A DNA stretch of 63,668 bases, filler included, from an uncultured Methanosarcinales archaeon (GTDB lineage Archaea > Nanobdellota > Nanobdellia > Woesearchaeales > CAZKBD01): NCBI GenBank assembly GCA_964550945.1. It is 3 parts of 3 records of this genome, joined end to end, with 100 filler letters (N's around TTAATTAATTAA, not from the genome) between each part and the next. Parts side by side here need not be neighbours in the genome. Positions count along the whole stretch, not along the records: positions 22,427 to 44,188 come from CAZKBD010000023.1; 2 more parts are not named here. One strand, 5' to 3'. This document shows, piece by piece, positions 30,196-39,889 of this stretch. Positions within the stretch are counted from its first letter, which is position 1, and each line of letters begins with the position of its first letter. The translations under genes and the position numbers were made by a program. Below the pieces are notes generated by a model. It saw only the letters and a program-made list of their open reading frames with translations. It had not been told where the DNA came from and searched no databases.

Positions 30196-31314
30196 ATGGC
30201 GAAAGACTACTACAAGATACTGGGAGTGAGCAAGAATGCAACCAAAGAGGAGATTAAAAAAGCTTACAAGAATCTGGCAAAGAAGTACCATCCTGATGTT
30301 AACAAGGAAGATGATACAGCTGAAAAATTTAAAGAAATAAATGAAGCTGCTTCTGTTTTAGGAGATGATGAAAAAAGAGCCCAATATGACCAGTTTGGAG
30401 ATGCTGAGTCATTTAAGAGGTCATCTGGCTTTAGAGGATTTGATTCCTCTGATTTTGGCTTTGACTTTACTGATTCAGCAAGCTTTGATTTTGGCGATAT
30501 ATTCGACAGGTTTTTTGGCACAGGCAGCTTTGGCTCAAGAAGAAGAGAGCGTGAAAGTAGGGGCTCTGATCTGAGATACGATCTAGAGATAACCTTGGAA
30601 GAAGCAGCATTTGGAGCCACCAAAACCCTGACCATCCCCCGGCTTGAGAAATGTGAAAAATGTGATGGCACTGGCGCAGAATCAGATTCTGATATTGTAG
30701 AATGCAGCCAATGCAGCGGCTCAGGTTATGAAAAAAGAACCCAAAGAACGCCTTTTGGCATTATTTCGACAACAAGAACATGCTCAAAATGCCATGGCTC
30801 TGGAAGATATGTTAAAAATGAATGCAAGTCTTGTGATGGCACTGGCCTCATCAAAAGGACAAGAAAGATAGAAATAAAAATACCTCAAGGCGCAGAAGAC
30901 GGCACTAATTTAAGGATTGCTGGAGAAGGCGAAGCAGGCGAGAAAGGGGGCTATGCTGGAGACCTTTATGTTATCCTTCATCAGAAGCCTGACAGATTGT
31001 TTGAAAGGGATGGAGACGACATTAATATAAAACTGGAACTCCCATTTTCAGTTGCTGCTTTAGGAGGAGAAATAGAAGTTCCGACATTAAAAGGAAAAGC
31101 AACATTAAAGATACCGGCTGGAACGCAAAGCAATACTATCTTTAGAATGAAAGGCAAAGGAATTCCTCATTTGCATGGCTATGGTATTGGAGACGAAAAT
31201 GTTGAAATCATTATTAAAGTGCCTGATAAGCTGACAAAAAGACAAAGAGAGCTATTAAAAGAGTTTGATAAAGAAAGCGAAAGCAAAGGCTTTTTTGATA
31301 AGGTGTTTAAGTAA
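30196..31314 (+). CDS. dnaJ: Chaperone DnaJ
   Basis: J domain with HPD, G/F region, four CxxCxGxG repeats. Confidence 0.98.
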   Translation: MAKDYYKILGVSKNATKEEIKKAYKNLAKKYHPDVNKEDDTAEKFKEINEAASVLGDDEKRAQYDQFGDAESFKRSSGFRGFDSSDFGFDFTDSASFDFGDIFDRFFGTGSFGSRRRERESRGSDLRYDLEITLEEAAFGATKTLTIPRLEKCEKCDGTGAESDSDIVECSQCSGSGYEKRTQRTPFGIISTTRTCSKCHGSGRYVKNECKSCDGTGLIKRTRKIEIKIPQGAEDGTNLRIAGEGEAGEKGGYAGDLYVILHQKPDRLFERDGDDINIKLELPFSVAALGGEIEVPTLKGKATLKIPAGTQSNTIFRMKGKGIPHLHGYGIGDENVEIIIKVPDKLTKRQRELLKEFDKESESKGFFDKVFK

Positions 31315-31818
31315 TCATTTCCTGTTAGATATCTTTTTTATCCTCTTAACACCATTTACCTTATCTATGACTTTAGCAGCCTCTTCTGGAACCAATGTCT
31401 TCCAATCTTTATTCTTTATTATTTTATCCCTGACATCTGTTCCATTTATTCCTTCTAAAAAATCCACCTTTTCTGCTTTGTAACCTTCTTTCTTAAACAG
31501 CTTTATTACAAAACCATTGCCGCTAAAAACAATACTGAATCTTGGCACTAAAACCTTGACATGCTCAACCCATTTGCTGTCATCTCCAATATCAGGCACA
31601 GGAAATATGGTGCAGTTGCCTATATCTTCTTTTACTAAGGTATTCTCAATCATCTCAATTCTCTCTTCAAAAGAAAAAGGATTATCTTCTGTGTTTACAT
31701 ACTGGGAGCTGCCAATAGCAATTACTAACTCATCAACCTTTTTCAGGGCATTCTTTATTGCATATAAATGCCCGTTATGGAATGGCTGAAATCTGCCTAT
31801 GATTAATCCTGTTTTCAT
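31315..31818 (-). CDS. nadM: Nicotinamide-nucleotide adenylyltransferase (archaeal NadM)
   Basis: GRFQPFHNGH, NPFSFEER. Confidence 0.92.
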   Translation of the reverse strand: MKTGLIIGRFQPFHNGHLYAIKNALKKVDELVIAIGSSQYVNTEDNPFSFEERIEMIENTLVKEDIGNCTIFPVPDIGDDSKWVEHVKVLVPRFSIVFSGNGFVIKLFKKEGYKAEKVDFLEGINGTDVRDKIIKNKDWKTLVPEEAAKVIDKVNGVKRIKKISNRK

Positions 31819-32540
31819 CTTCTTATTATTGGAACCGGTCTTGTCTTGTGCTTATTTTCTTTTATCCTTTTTAAGATTTTGGATGCAATATCACCTTTAG
31901 GCTTTTTTCCTCTGCTGATAATCCTTAAGATGTTATCGATCTCTTTGTAACTGGCTCCAAGCTCTTTTTCATCTGTATGGCCATGAAATAACTCAGCAGA
32001 AGGCACTTTATTGATAATCTTGGTGGGCAACCTAAGATATCTTGCTAATTCAAAAACTTCTGTTTTGTACAAATCGCCTATAACCTCAATATCTGCTGCT
32101 CCATCCCCATATTTTGTGAAATAGCCTAGTGTTAACTCGCTTTTGTTAGATGTTCCTATGACTAGAGCATTATGCGCATTTGCGAAATTATACAATACAT
32201 TTGACCTTATCCTTGATTTTACATTTATTTCTGATATTCTATTCTTTTTCCATGGTAGTTTTTTGAAGTTATCCAGAAAACCATTTATAGGGATTATGTA
32301 ATATTTTACTTTTAATCTTCTGCAAAGCTCAATGCTATCATCCACATTAGCCTTTTTTGTCAGCCCTTTTTCAGGCATCATCAGTGCAGTTATGTGTTCA
32401 TTCCCAATAGCATCAACTGCTAGTTTTAAAGACAGAGCAGAGTCTATCCCTCCGCTAAGGCCGATAACTGCCTTGGTTATTTTGGCTTGATTAAAATATT
32501 TCCTTATCCCTTTGAGCAAGGTCCTGTAAATTGATTCCAT
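31815..32540 (-). CDS. nadE: NH3-dependent NAD+ synthetase
   Basis: GLSGGIDS, GTSNKSE, GYFTKYGDG, PSAEL. Confidence 0.95.
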   Translation of the reverse strand: MESIYRTLLKGIRKYFNQAKITKAVIGLSGGIDSALSLKLAVDAIGNEHITALMMPEKGLTKKANVDDSIELCRRLKVKYYIIPINGFLDNFKKLPWKKNRISEINVKSRIRSNVLYNFANAHNALVIGTSNKSELTLGYFTKYGDGAADIEVIGDLYKTEVFELARYLRLPTKIINKVPSAELFHGHTDEKELGASYKEIDNILRIISRGKKPKGDIASKILKRIKENKHKTRPVPIIRR

Positions 32541-32633
32541 AAACCATTAGAATGTACATGGTTATTTTAAAGTTATCTTTTTGCAACCAAATTTCAGTTA
32601 TATAGGGCCTATATGACTTTAACTTTGAAGTAT

Positions 32634-33515
32634 TCACCTGTAAGAATCCCGATCGCTTGTTGTAATCGCCCTTAATTTCCTGAATGCATCTTTTTCAATC
32701 TGCCTTATCCTCTCTCTTGTTAGATGGAAAGATGCTCCTGTTTCCTCTAAAGTATGCGCTGTTCCATCCGTAATTCCAAAACGATGTCTTAAGATATTTG
32801 CTTCCCTATCAGACAATTTACCTAATAGCCTATCTACAGAGTCTGATGCTTCAACTCCTTCTAACGCGCTTATAGCGTTATGATCGAACCAGCGAAAATC
32901 GTGGCTTGGGGTTGCATTATTCTCAACAGCATCATCTAAACTAACTCCTTCCCTACAAACTGCAAGTAATTTTTCCACACGCTTTTCACTCAATCCTCGT
33001 TTTCCTGCAGAATGTTCAATAATTCTCCATAGAGAAGGTTCTGAAAAAGTTTTCTGACGCAGTTCATCTACATCTCTACTTATGCCTGTTAATGTATCGG
33101 TTACATAAACCGGTATACGCATAGTTCTACTGCCATTAGATAGCGACCTTGTCACTGCCTGCCTTATCCACCATGTTGCGTAGGTTGAGAATTTTGTGCC
33201 AATCTCAGGATTATATCTATCTGCAGCCTTCATTAAGCCGATGTTGCCTTCCTCAATTAGGTCGCTAAGAGGCAGACCATAGTAAAGGTATTTCTTTGCA
33301 ATGCTTACAACTAGCCTGAGGTTGCCTAGTATCATCCTACATCTAGCTTGATTATCACCACTTTTAGCTTGCTTAGCATACATTAGCTCTTGATCTCTTG
33401 TAAGAAGAGGGGTTCTTGATATAACGGCTAAATAATGGCTAAGATCCACATCAGAATTTCCATTACCACGATGAGCCCTATACCCTGTAGTATCCTTAGT
33501 TTGATGGCTGCCCAT
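32634..33515 (-). CDS. Bacterial-type sigma-70 family factor (RpoD/RpoS-like, no region 1.1)
   Basis: Region 1.2 YLAVISRTPLLT; region 2 NLRLVVSIAKKY, DLIEEGNIGL, KFSTYATWWIRQ; region 4 TLEE..LTRERIRQIE. Confidence 0.93.
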   Translation of the reverse strand: MGSHQTKDTTGYRAHRGNGNSDVDLSHYLAVISRTPLLTRDQELMYAKQAKSGDNQARCRMILGNLRLVVSIAKKYLYYGLPLSDLIEEGNIGLMKAADRYNPEIGTKFSTYATWWIRQAVTRSLSNGSRTMRIPVYVTDTLTGISRDVDELRQKTFSEPSLWRIIEHSAGKRGLSEKRVEKLLAVCREGVSLDDAVENNATPSHDFRWFDHNAISALEGVEASDSVDRLLGKLSDREANILRHRFGITDGTAHTLEETGASFHLTRERIRQIEKDAFRKLRAITTSDRDSYR

Positions 33516-33674
33516 TATGTTCCTAAAAGAGGGGAATTGCTTAACATTTTTAATATTTTCGTAAATAATGAGTAAGACAAGAAAGGAGCATGCATCTCTT
33601 GGATTGGAACCCCTATCTAATTTCGAAACATTAAAATACTCCCACCCAAATCAAGAATTAACGAGGTGATTCTG

Positions 33675-33716
33675 ATGGGATGCTGCGGTGGCGGTAAGAA
33701 GAAGAAAGGCAAATAA
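33675..33716 (+). CDS. 13-aa microprotein MGCCGGGKKKKGK (not in the ORF track)
   Basis: BRE/TATA-like CGAAACATTAAAATA at 33624-33638, SD GAGGTGA at 33663-33669, stop abuts the ribL stop. Confidence 0.6.
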   Translation: MGCCGGGKKKKGK

Positions 33717-34115
33717 TCATTTTAATTTAGATGACTTATACATGTACGCTCTATAAGCATCTAACCTGTATACTTTTGCTTTTAAATTTCTTTTGATTAT
33801 TTCTTCTCTTAATCCTTCGCTGAAAGAATCCTGGTCATAGCCTAGGCATATCACATCTGGATTTATCTCTTCAACTATCTTGTATGGATCAGTTTCATAA
33901 CCTAAAATGACCTTATTAGCATAGCCCAGCTCTCTCATATGCTCCCTTCTTTCCCTTTCATTGTATTTAGGCTTTTTTCCCTTTACTTTCTCTATTGTAG
34001 AATCCCTAGCTATAACTGCAACTAAAGTATCTCCGTATGATTTTGCTTTTCTCAAAAAATACAAATGCCCTGGATGTATTACATCAAACGAGCCAAAAAC
34101 CATTACGTTTGTCAT
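33717..34115 (-). CDS. ribL: Archaeal FAD synthase
   Basis: FGSFDVIHPGH, IARD, ICLGYDQ, SSK. Confidence 0.88.
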   Translation of the reverse strand: MTNVMVFGSFDVIHPGHLYFLRKAKSYGDTLVAVIARDSTIEKVKGKKPKYNERERREHMRELGYANKVILGYETDPYKIVEEINPDVICLGYDQDSFSEGLREEIIKRNLKAKVYRLDAYRAYMYKSSKLK

Positions 34116-34158
34116 TTTAAGGAATCTCCTATTCCAGTTTGTTTGAAATTTTGTTCCT

Positions 34159-34824
34159 TCATTTTTGATTTATACTTAGACTGTAATTATGATATCGCAC
34201 ATAATATTTTATTTCTTCTTTATACCCATTATAAAAGAAAAACTTGAATAAAAGTTGGCATTTTTTATTTGTAGTGGGTATTTGTCCTAAATCTAAAAAG
34301 AGTTGATTACTATATTTTAGCTCTGTTTGAGGTGCAATTACTCTATTATTTAGGATATCTACTTGCCAATCTTTTTCTCCTTTAGCATCGCATTCAAAAT
34401 TATATCTTATTCTTTCTAATTTTGTTCCTATGCTACCAAGATTATAAAATGTTATGTTTATTGGAATAGTAACTTCGCTAGTGATAGAAATTTTTCCAAA
34501 ATTATCCTGAGTTTTAATCAAATCATTTTTATAAACATCAAAAAAATTTGCTTTTGCGTAGCTGGTTTCATCTGAAATTGTTGGGATTCGAGCGCTATTG
34601 ACTTCTATGTTAATTTGAGGAGTATATTGTAAATCAATTGCTCTTCTTGATTCCTTTACTTGCTGAGAGGAGATATAACCTTGAAAAAAAGTAGCAATTA
34701 CCATCAGAAAAGTTAAGAATACCATAAAAAATTCTAATAGTCCTTTGTGTCTATTCAACCAGTCCTCCATATTTTTAACCCTGCTAGTCAACTTTTTTAT
34801 TTCTTCACTACTCCTTTTTGTCAT
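34159..34824 (-). CDS. Hypothetical membrane-anchored protein
   Basis: One TM near the N-terminus; overlaps the NYN gene end. Confidence 0.65.
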   Translation of the reverse strand: MTKRSSEEIKKLTSRVKNMEDWLNRHKGLLEFFMVFLTFLMVIATFFQGYISSQQVKESRRAIDLQYTPQINIEVNSARIPTISDETSYAKANFFDVYKNDLIKTQDNFGKISITSEVTIPINITFYNLGSIGTKLERIRYNFECDAKGEKDWQVDILNNRVIAPQTELKYSNQLFLDLGQIPTTNKKCQLLFKFFFYNGYKEEIKYYVRYHNYSLSINQK

Positions 34825-35452
34825 CTTTATAATCCCTCAAGCATTTCTTCAATATTTCTTGATTGAGTATGAAATACTCAAACTTCTGTCTCAATTCAGT
34901 GGAATATCCCCATGGAACCATAGCTGTTAAAACTTCTATGCCATGGCTCTTAATAATCTCCAGTGCTGGGGTAAAATCTGCGTCACCAGAAATCAAAATG
35001 CAGGCATCGCAGTTTTTATCAATAACGGACTCCCTTATCATATCGATAGCTACCCAGACATCAATGCCTTTCTCCTTTTTCTTTATATCTGCCAAATCCA
35101 GAAAAACTGACTCAACCAATGGCCTGCAATTTTTGCATAAGTCAAGATTGTCTATAGTCGCCCTTCTTTTTTTCAAAATTTCTTCGTTCGAAAGCCTCTG
35201 TAGCTTTCTTGTAACTACCTTCACCCCTTTTTTCTCAAGATGCTGCAAAAAAGCCATGTGCCCATAATACATTCGCTCTCCATCTGCAATGCTCGGAATA
35301 GAAGCATACCATCTTATTTGCATTAATTCATATTTCTTAATCCTACTTAAGACTTCTGCAACTTTCTTAATATCAATCTCGCTTGGCTCATAGAATTTCT
35401 TCACATTATGGTACCAATTGTTAGCATCAACAAAAACAATTGCTTTTTTCAT
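34808..35452 (-). CDS. NYN-domain (PIN-like) ribonuclease
   Basis: VFVDANN, EKGIDV..DM, ISGDADF, STEL. Confidence 0.88.
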   Translation of the reverse strand: MKKAIVFVDANNWYHNVKKFYEPSEIDIKKVAEVLSRIKKYELMQIRWYASIPSIADGERMYYGHMAFLQHLEKKGVKVVTRKLQRLSNEEILKKRRATIDNLDLCKNCRPLVESVFLDLADIKKKEKGIDVWVAIDMIRESVIDKNCDACILISGDADFTPALEIIKSHGIEVLTAMVPWGYSTELRQKFEYFILNQEILKKCLRDYKDDKKE

Positions 35453-35484
35453 CGTATATAACCCTCAGAATTATAATAAAAAGG

Positions 35485-35524
35485 AAGCCCAGCATTCCCT
35501 CCAAAGAGGTCATACTGGGGACTT
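35485..35524 (-). promoter_or_regulatory. Structured 5' leader hairpin upstream of the NYN gene
   Basis: AAGTCCCCAGTAT-GA-CCTC-TTTG-GAGG-GA-ATGCTGGGCTT, followed by a U-run; TATA at about 35551-35558. Confidence 0.55.
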
Positions 35525-35582
35525 AAATGTAGATAAAGTTGACTATTATCTATATAAATTTTTCCTTTTTTCATCGTCATAA

Positions 35583-35672
35583 TTAATATCCGATACCACA
35601 TAAATTCTTTTTTATTTCTTCATTAATCTTTTCCTTCATGGATCTGGCTTGGGTAATTCAGCAGTCAATCTT
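35583..35672 (-). pseudogene. Possible relic of a type I R-M HsdM C-terminus
   Basis: Frameshifted RLTAEL..INEEIKKNLCGIGY* resembles HsdM ends (from memory). Confidence 0.3.
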
Positions 35673-35673
35673 T

Positions 35674-35901
35674 TTATTTTATGAGTTCTTTTTTCAGCTT
35701 ATCAACCTTTCTGGATATTGGTAGCAATGCTATCGCTATTATCAATCCAAAAACGCAAAATATCAACACTCCAAAATAAAAATCAACAATATCCTTTGCA
35801 ATAGCTGTTATCACAAAAGCAGCTGCTATAGTGACTATCCACAATATATTCCAAAGCAGGCTCCAATAATAATCTAGTTCTGTTTTAATTGACTCTTTCA
35901 T
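35674..35901 (-). CDS. Small two-TM membrane protein
   Basis: 75-aa hydrophobic ORF overlapping the lplA end. Confidence 0.55.
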   Translation of the reverse strand: MKESIKTELDYYWSLLWNILWIVTIAAAFVITAIAKDIVDFYFGVLIFCVFGLIIAIALLPISRKVDKLKKELIK

Positions 35902-36664
35902 AATTCCATCCCTTTGTTGAATACCTTTCTTTGCTCAGCTTTTCTGCCAAAGCTAATTCTTTATATGTCAGTTTATCTTTAATAATCTTTGCCTTAAAAT
36001 TCTCTTTAAAGCCTTTTTCCATTGCTTTTGATAGTTCATCATAGGTTATTTTTTTATTTAATTCGTTATTTATTGATGTTATTTTATTTTTTATTTTATT
36101 TTTTAATTCTTTTTTATTATCAATATTAAATAAAGAAACTAATCTGTTGATATTCACGTCAAGCAAGATTGCGCCATGCTGCAATATCTTGCCATTCACT
36201 CTTTTTTGTGCGCTGCCAACCACCTTTTTGTTGTTAATAGTTAATTCGTACCAACTAGGGTTGTTAAAGCAGATATCAGATTTTTTATTTTTGTCAATCT
36301 CATCGTTCATCTTAGCTTTCAAGCCAATACAACCAAACGCATTAAGAATACCCTTGCTGATAACTTTATATGAATCTATGACCCCTTTGGGCATTAATTC
36401 TTCACCAATAATAAAAGAATAGGTTAGCTCTTTATCATGCAGAACAGCATCCCCTCCTGTTAGTCTTCTTACAACATCTATTCCTAGTTTTTTGCATTGC
36501 TCAACATCAATCTTGTTTATATCCTGGAAATAACCGAGAGAGAGCCCAGCCGGTTTCCACCTATAAAATCTTAGAACAGGCAGCTTTGAAGTTAAAAGAG
36601 CTTCATCTATTGCCATGTTCATGAACGCATTTTTATAGCCTGTATCTATGACTCTTAATTGCAT
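35885..36664 (-). CDS. lplA: Lipoate-protein ligase A / LipM family protein
   Basis: NMAIDEALL, RRLTGG..H, KKVVGSAQ, LQHG; true start MQLRVID at 36664. Confidence 0.88.
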   Translation of the reverse strand: MQLRVIDTGYKNAFMNMAIDEALLTSKLPVLRFYRWKPAGLSLGYFQDINKIDVEQCKKLGIDVVRRLTGGDAVLHDKELTYSFIIGEELMPKGVIDSYKVISKGILNAFGCIGLKAKMNDEIDKNKKSDICFNNPSWYELTINNKKVVGSAQKRVNGKILQHGAILLDVNINRLVSLFNIDNKKELKNKIKNKITSINNELNKKITYDELSKAMEKGFKENFKAKIIKDKLTYKELALAEKLSKERYSTKGWNYERVN

Positions 36665-36695
36665 AAACAAGAGAAGTTGTTTTTTATTTAAATAT

Positions 36696-37955
36696 TTATT
36701 GAGAGGATCTCGATCTTCCGAATCTTCTTGGCTGATGGCTGCCAAACCTTTGATTTCCTCTAAATCTTCCGCCATCTTCTCCTTGGCGCTGCACTCCAAA
36801 CCTTCTATGGCCAAAACCCCTTTGCATTCCTGACTCTTTTATCTTCGCTCTTTCTAGGTAGGGCCTTTCTTCTTTGGTTATATCCACATTATAGGCATTT
36901 AATAACCGCGAGAAATTATCATGATCCCGCTTTGAAAGTATATTGACAGCTTTGCCTTCTTTGCCTGCTCTTGCAGTCCTTCCAATCCTGTGGATGTATT
37001 GTTTGCTGTCTTTGGGGATATCATAATTATAGATATGCGTGACTCCTTTTATATCCAGGCCTCTTGAAGCCACATCAGTGCATACAAGAACACTGGCTTT
37101 GTTTTTATGAAACTCCTCCATTGTCCAGCTTCTTTTAGCCTGTGAAAGCCCGCCATGGATTCCTATTGCATCAATTCCATTATATCTTAAGTTTCTTGTT
37201 ACAAAATCAGTATTTTGTTGCGTATTGCAGAAAACCATAATTAAACCACTATGCTCTTGCTTCAATAGATGGACCAATAAAGAAAATTTTAAGTTGTCAT
37301 CAATATCATAATAGCTTTGCTTTAATTTTTGAGGATCAACATAGCTCTGCGCAGAAACCTCAACAGGATTTTTCATGTACTTTTGGGCAAGATTAGCCAG
37401 ATCAGGAGGTATTGTGGCTGAAAATAAAAGAGTCTGCCTTTGCTTTGAGCATTGGCTTATTATCCTTTCAACATCATCTATAAACCCCATATCAAGCATC
37501 CTGTCAGCTTCATCAAGCACAAGTATCTTCACATTGCCTAACCCTATAGTCTTTCTCTGGATATGGTCTAACACCCTTCCAGGGGTTCCTACAACAACAT
37601 CTGCTCTCCTTAGAGCGTCTATCTGCGGATTGATTGAGACCCCACCATAAACAGCAATTATATCTAAAGGCTTTTCTTTTGAAAATTTCCTCAAAGCCAT
37701 TGTAACCTGCTCTGCAAGCTCTCTTGTTGGGGTCAGAATCAAAGCCTGAATCCTTTTTCCTTTTTCAGAATTTTGTATGATCACTGAGCCAAATACAAGA
37801 GTCTTACCAGACCCTGTTGCAGAGCCAGCTATGACATCCTTTCCAGCAAGCACAAGAGGTATGCATTTCTCTTGTATTTCGCTTGGCTCTTCAAACTTCT
37901 CTTCTTTTATTACTTTCAGTATAGATTCGCTAATTCCTAGTTTTCTAAATTTCAT
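36696..37955 (-). CDS. DEAD-box RNA helicase
   Basis: ATGSGKT, PTRELA, DEAD, SAT, HRIGRTAR. Confidence 0.96.
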   Translation of the reverse strand: MKFRKLGISESILKVIKEEKFEEPSEIQEKCIPLVLAGKDVIAGSATGSGKTLVFGSVIIQNSEKGKRIQALILTPTRELAEQVTMALRKFSKEKPLDIIAVYGGVSINPQIDALRRADVVVGTPGRVLDHIQRKTIGLGNVKILVLDEADRMLDMGFIDDVERIISQCSKQRQTLLFSATIPPDLANLAQKYMKNPVEVSAQSYVDPQKLKQSYYDIDDNLKFSLLVHLLKQEHSGLIMVFCNTQQNTDFVTRNLRYNGIDAIGIHGGLSQAKRSWTMEEFHKNKASVLVCTDVASRGLDIKGVTHIYNYDIPKDSKQYIHRIGRTARAGKEGKAVNILSKRDHDNFSRLLNAYNVDITKEERPYLERAKIKESGMQRGFGHRRFGVQRQGEDGGRFRGNQRFGSHQPRRFGRSRSSQ

Positions 37956-38173
37956 TATTGATTACCTCATTCAAATTTTAATCAAGAAAAAGTCAAATAC
38001 CTTTTTTCCTAGAGTATAGAAAAATAATATCGCTTTTTCTTTTAAACTACCTATTACAGCTATGATGTTGATTTCTGGTTTATAAATGTATCTATTTATT
38101 GAGCCGTAAATCAAGCGTCTGGAAATTTGAACAAAAAAATTAACTTTTCTTGCAGCAAATTCTTCTTATTTTT

Positions 38174-38638
38174 TTAGTTTCTTCTCAAATCGAGCAAGTG
38201 TTGGTATTGCCAATCTCTTTCTTTGGCTACGGCAGTATCGGCATCAGAGGAGTTGGTAGCTCTATGGATAGCCTGTAAGGCATAATTTGCAGCACCAATG
38301 GAATGGGCGGGAACATGTGCAGTTGCCACAGCTTGACCTGCGGCACGGGCAGCAGAGCGAGCTGCATTGTCCTCTCCCACTTCGTGGGCAGCTGCATGAG
38401 ATGCAAGTGCAGCCTTACGAATAACTGCCATTTTAAACACTTCTGTATTTATCCATGATTGGAGTGCTTCTATAGCTTGTCGGGGGCGATGGTCTTCTGG
38501 GTATTTTTCTTCAAAATAGGGCAGAACACGCTCGACACAATCAATTGCCCAGATGGCTAATATTTTATGGTCAGTTCTGCTCATAAGCTCTACAGTTGGC
38601 TTATCTTTGTGTGTAATTGAGAATTTGGATTGTTTCAT
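38174..38638 (-). CDS. Imm5-like putative immunity protein
   Basis: WA.DC.ERVL..FE..P.D.RP..AI; ARAAGQAVATAHV. Confidence 0.75.
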   Translation of the reverse strand: MKQSKFSITHKDKPTVELMSRTDHKILAIWAIDCVERVLPYFEEKYPEDHRPRQAIEALQSWINTEVFKMAVIRKAALASHAAAHEVGEDNAARSAARAAGQAVATAHVPAHSIGAANYALQAIHRATNSSDADTAVAKERDWQYQHLLDLRRN

Positions 38639-38797
38639 TTTATTACATCCTTAATTAAAACGCGCAACACTTTGACAATTTTCGCCATTGTTTTTATAAT
38701 AGCATACCAAGGGATGTTTATTAAGTTTTTGAACTCGTTTGGGCGCTTACTCAAAGCTAACTTAACAGCTCACTATTTATAAACTAGAATTAAGATC

Positions 38798-39628
38798 TCA
38801 GACCGCATCCTCAGCATGATAGCTGCTTCTGACTAATGGTCCTGATTCAACGTGCTTAAATCCCATCTCATAGCCTATCTTTTTAAATTCTTCAAATTCC
38901 TCGGGCGTATAATACTTTTCAACTTTTGCCAGATCCTCTCTTGGCTGCAGGTATTGCCCTATTGTCAGAATATCAACTTTAACCAATCTCAAAGTCCTCA
39001 TTGTTTTTATTATCTCATTTTTTGTTTCCCCTAATCCAATCATCAATCCGGATTTTGTTGTCTGCTTCGGATAAAATTCTTTAATCCTCTTCAAAAAAAG
39101 GATGCTCCTTTTGTAATCAGCTTCTGGCCTTATCTTTGGGAATAGTCTTTCAACAGTCTCGATATTGTGGGCAAAGACCTCTGGAGCTTCTGCAAGGACT
39201 TTTCTTATAGATGTGACATTTCCTTGGAAATCTGGTGTTAGGACCTCAATTTTTGCATTAGTTGTCTTTCTGATTGCTCTTATCGTATCCCTGAAATGCC
39301 CGGATCCTCCATCCTCAATATCATCCCTTGTAACAGAGGTTATAACAACATATCTTAAGCCAAGCTCTTTAACAATACCAGCTATCTTTTTTGGTTCATT
39401 CGCATCAGATTTAGCAGGCTTTCCATGCTTAACATTGCAATATAAGCAATTTCTGGTGCATCTATCGCCTAAAATAAGAAAAGTTGCAGTTCCTTTCTGC
39501 CAGCACTCTGCTAGATTAGGGCATTTTGCTTCCTCGCAAATTGTATGTGTTTTTCCTTCTAATACAGACTTTACTTTAGAGTAAGCTTCTCCTGAAGGCA
39601 ATTGCACTTTTAACCATTCTGGTTTCAT
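38798..39628 (-). CDS. lipA: Lipoyl synthase
   Basis: CEEAKCPNLAEC, CTRNCLYC, HNIETV, GQYLQP, VRSSY. Confidence 0.96.
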   Translation of the reverse strand: MKPEWLKVQLPSGEAYSKVKSVLEGKTHTICEEAKCPNLAECWQKGTATFLILGDRCTRNCLYCNVKHGKPAKSDANEPKKIAGIVKELGLRYVVITSVTRDDIEDGGSGHFRDTIRAIRKTTNAKIEVLTPDFQGNVTSIRKVLAEAPEVFAHNIETVERLFPKIRPEADYKRSILFLKRIKEFYPKQTTKSGLMIGLGETKNEIIKTMRTLRLVKVDILTIGQYLQPREDLAKVEKYYTPEEFEEFKKIGYEMGFKHVESGPLVRSSYHAEDAV

Positions 39629-39682
39629 AAGAAAAAGGAAAAACTAAAGTTTTATAAAACTATTGATAGTCTCTTTACAAAA

Positions 39683-39889
39683 ATGAAGATAAGGTATGAT
39701 TCGGATGCAGACGCAATGTATATAACATTAAGGGAAGATAAGGTAGATAGCACTAAAGAGATTGATGAAAATACAATAATTGATTTCAATAAAGCTGGTC
39801 AAGTTATTGGCGTAGAAATTCTTTTTGTTAAAGAAAGAAATCCTAACCTTCTTAAAGAGTTCCAAGTGGAGAATTTGATTCCTGCTTAA
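39683..39889 (+). CDS. DUF2283 family protein
   Basis: YDSDADAMYI..IIDF..GQVIGVEI. Confidence 0.85.
   Translation: MKIRYDSDADAMYITLREDKVDSTKEIDENTIIDFNKAGQVIGVEILFVKERNPNLLKEFQVENLIPA

Noticed and set aside
36665..36814. N-terminal extension of lplA in the ORF track; likewise 17919-17987
   Set aside because: Overlaps the upstream gene in another frame; family similarity begins at the downstream ATG
39683..39889. DUF2283 as part of a toxin-antitoxin pair
   Set aside because: No adjacent partner gene; solitary copies are unremarkable
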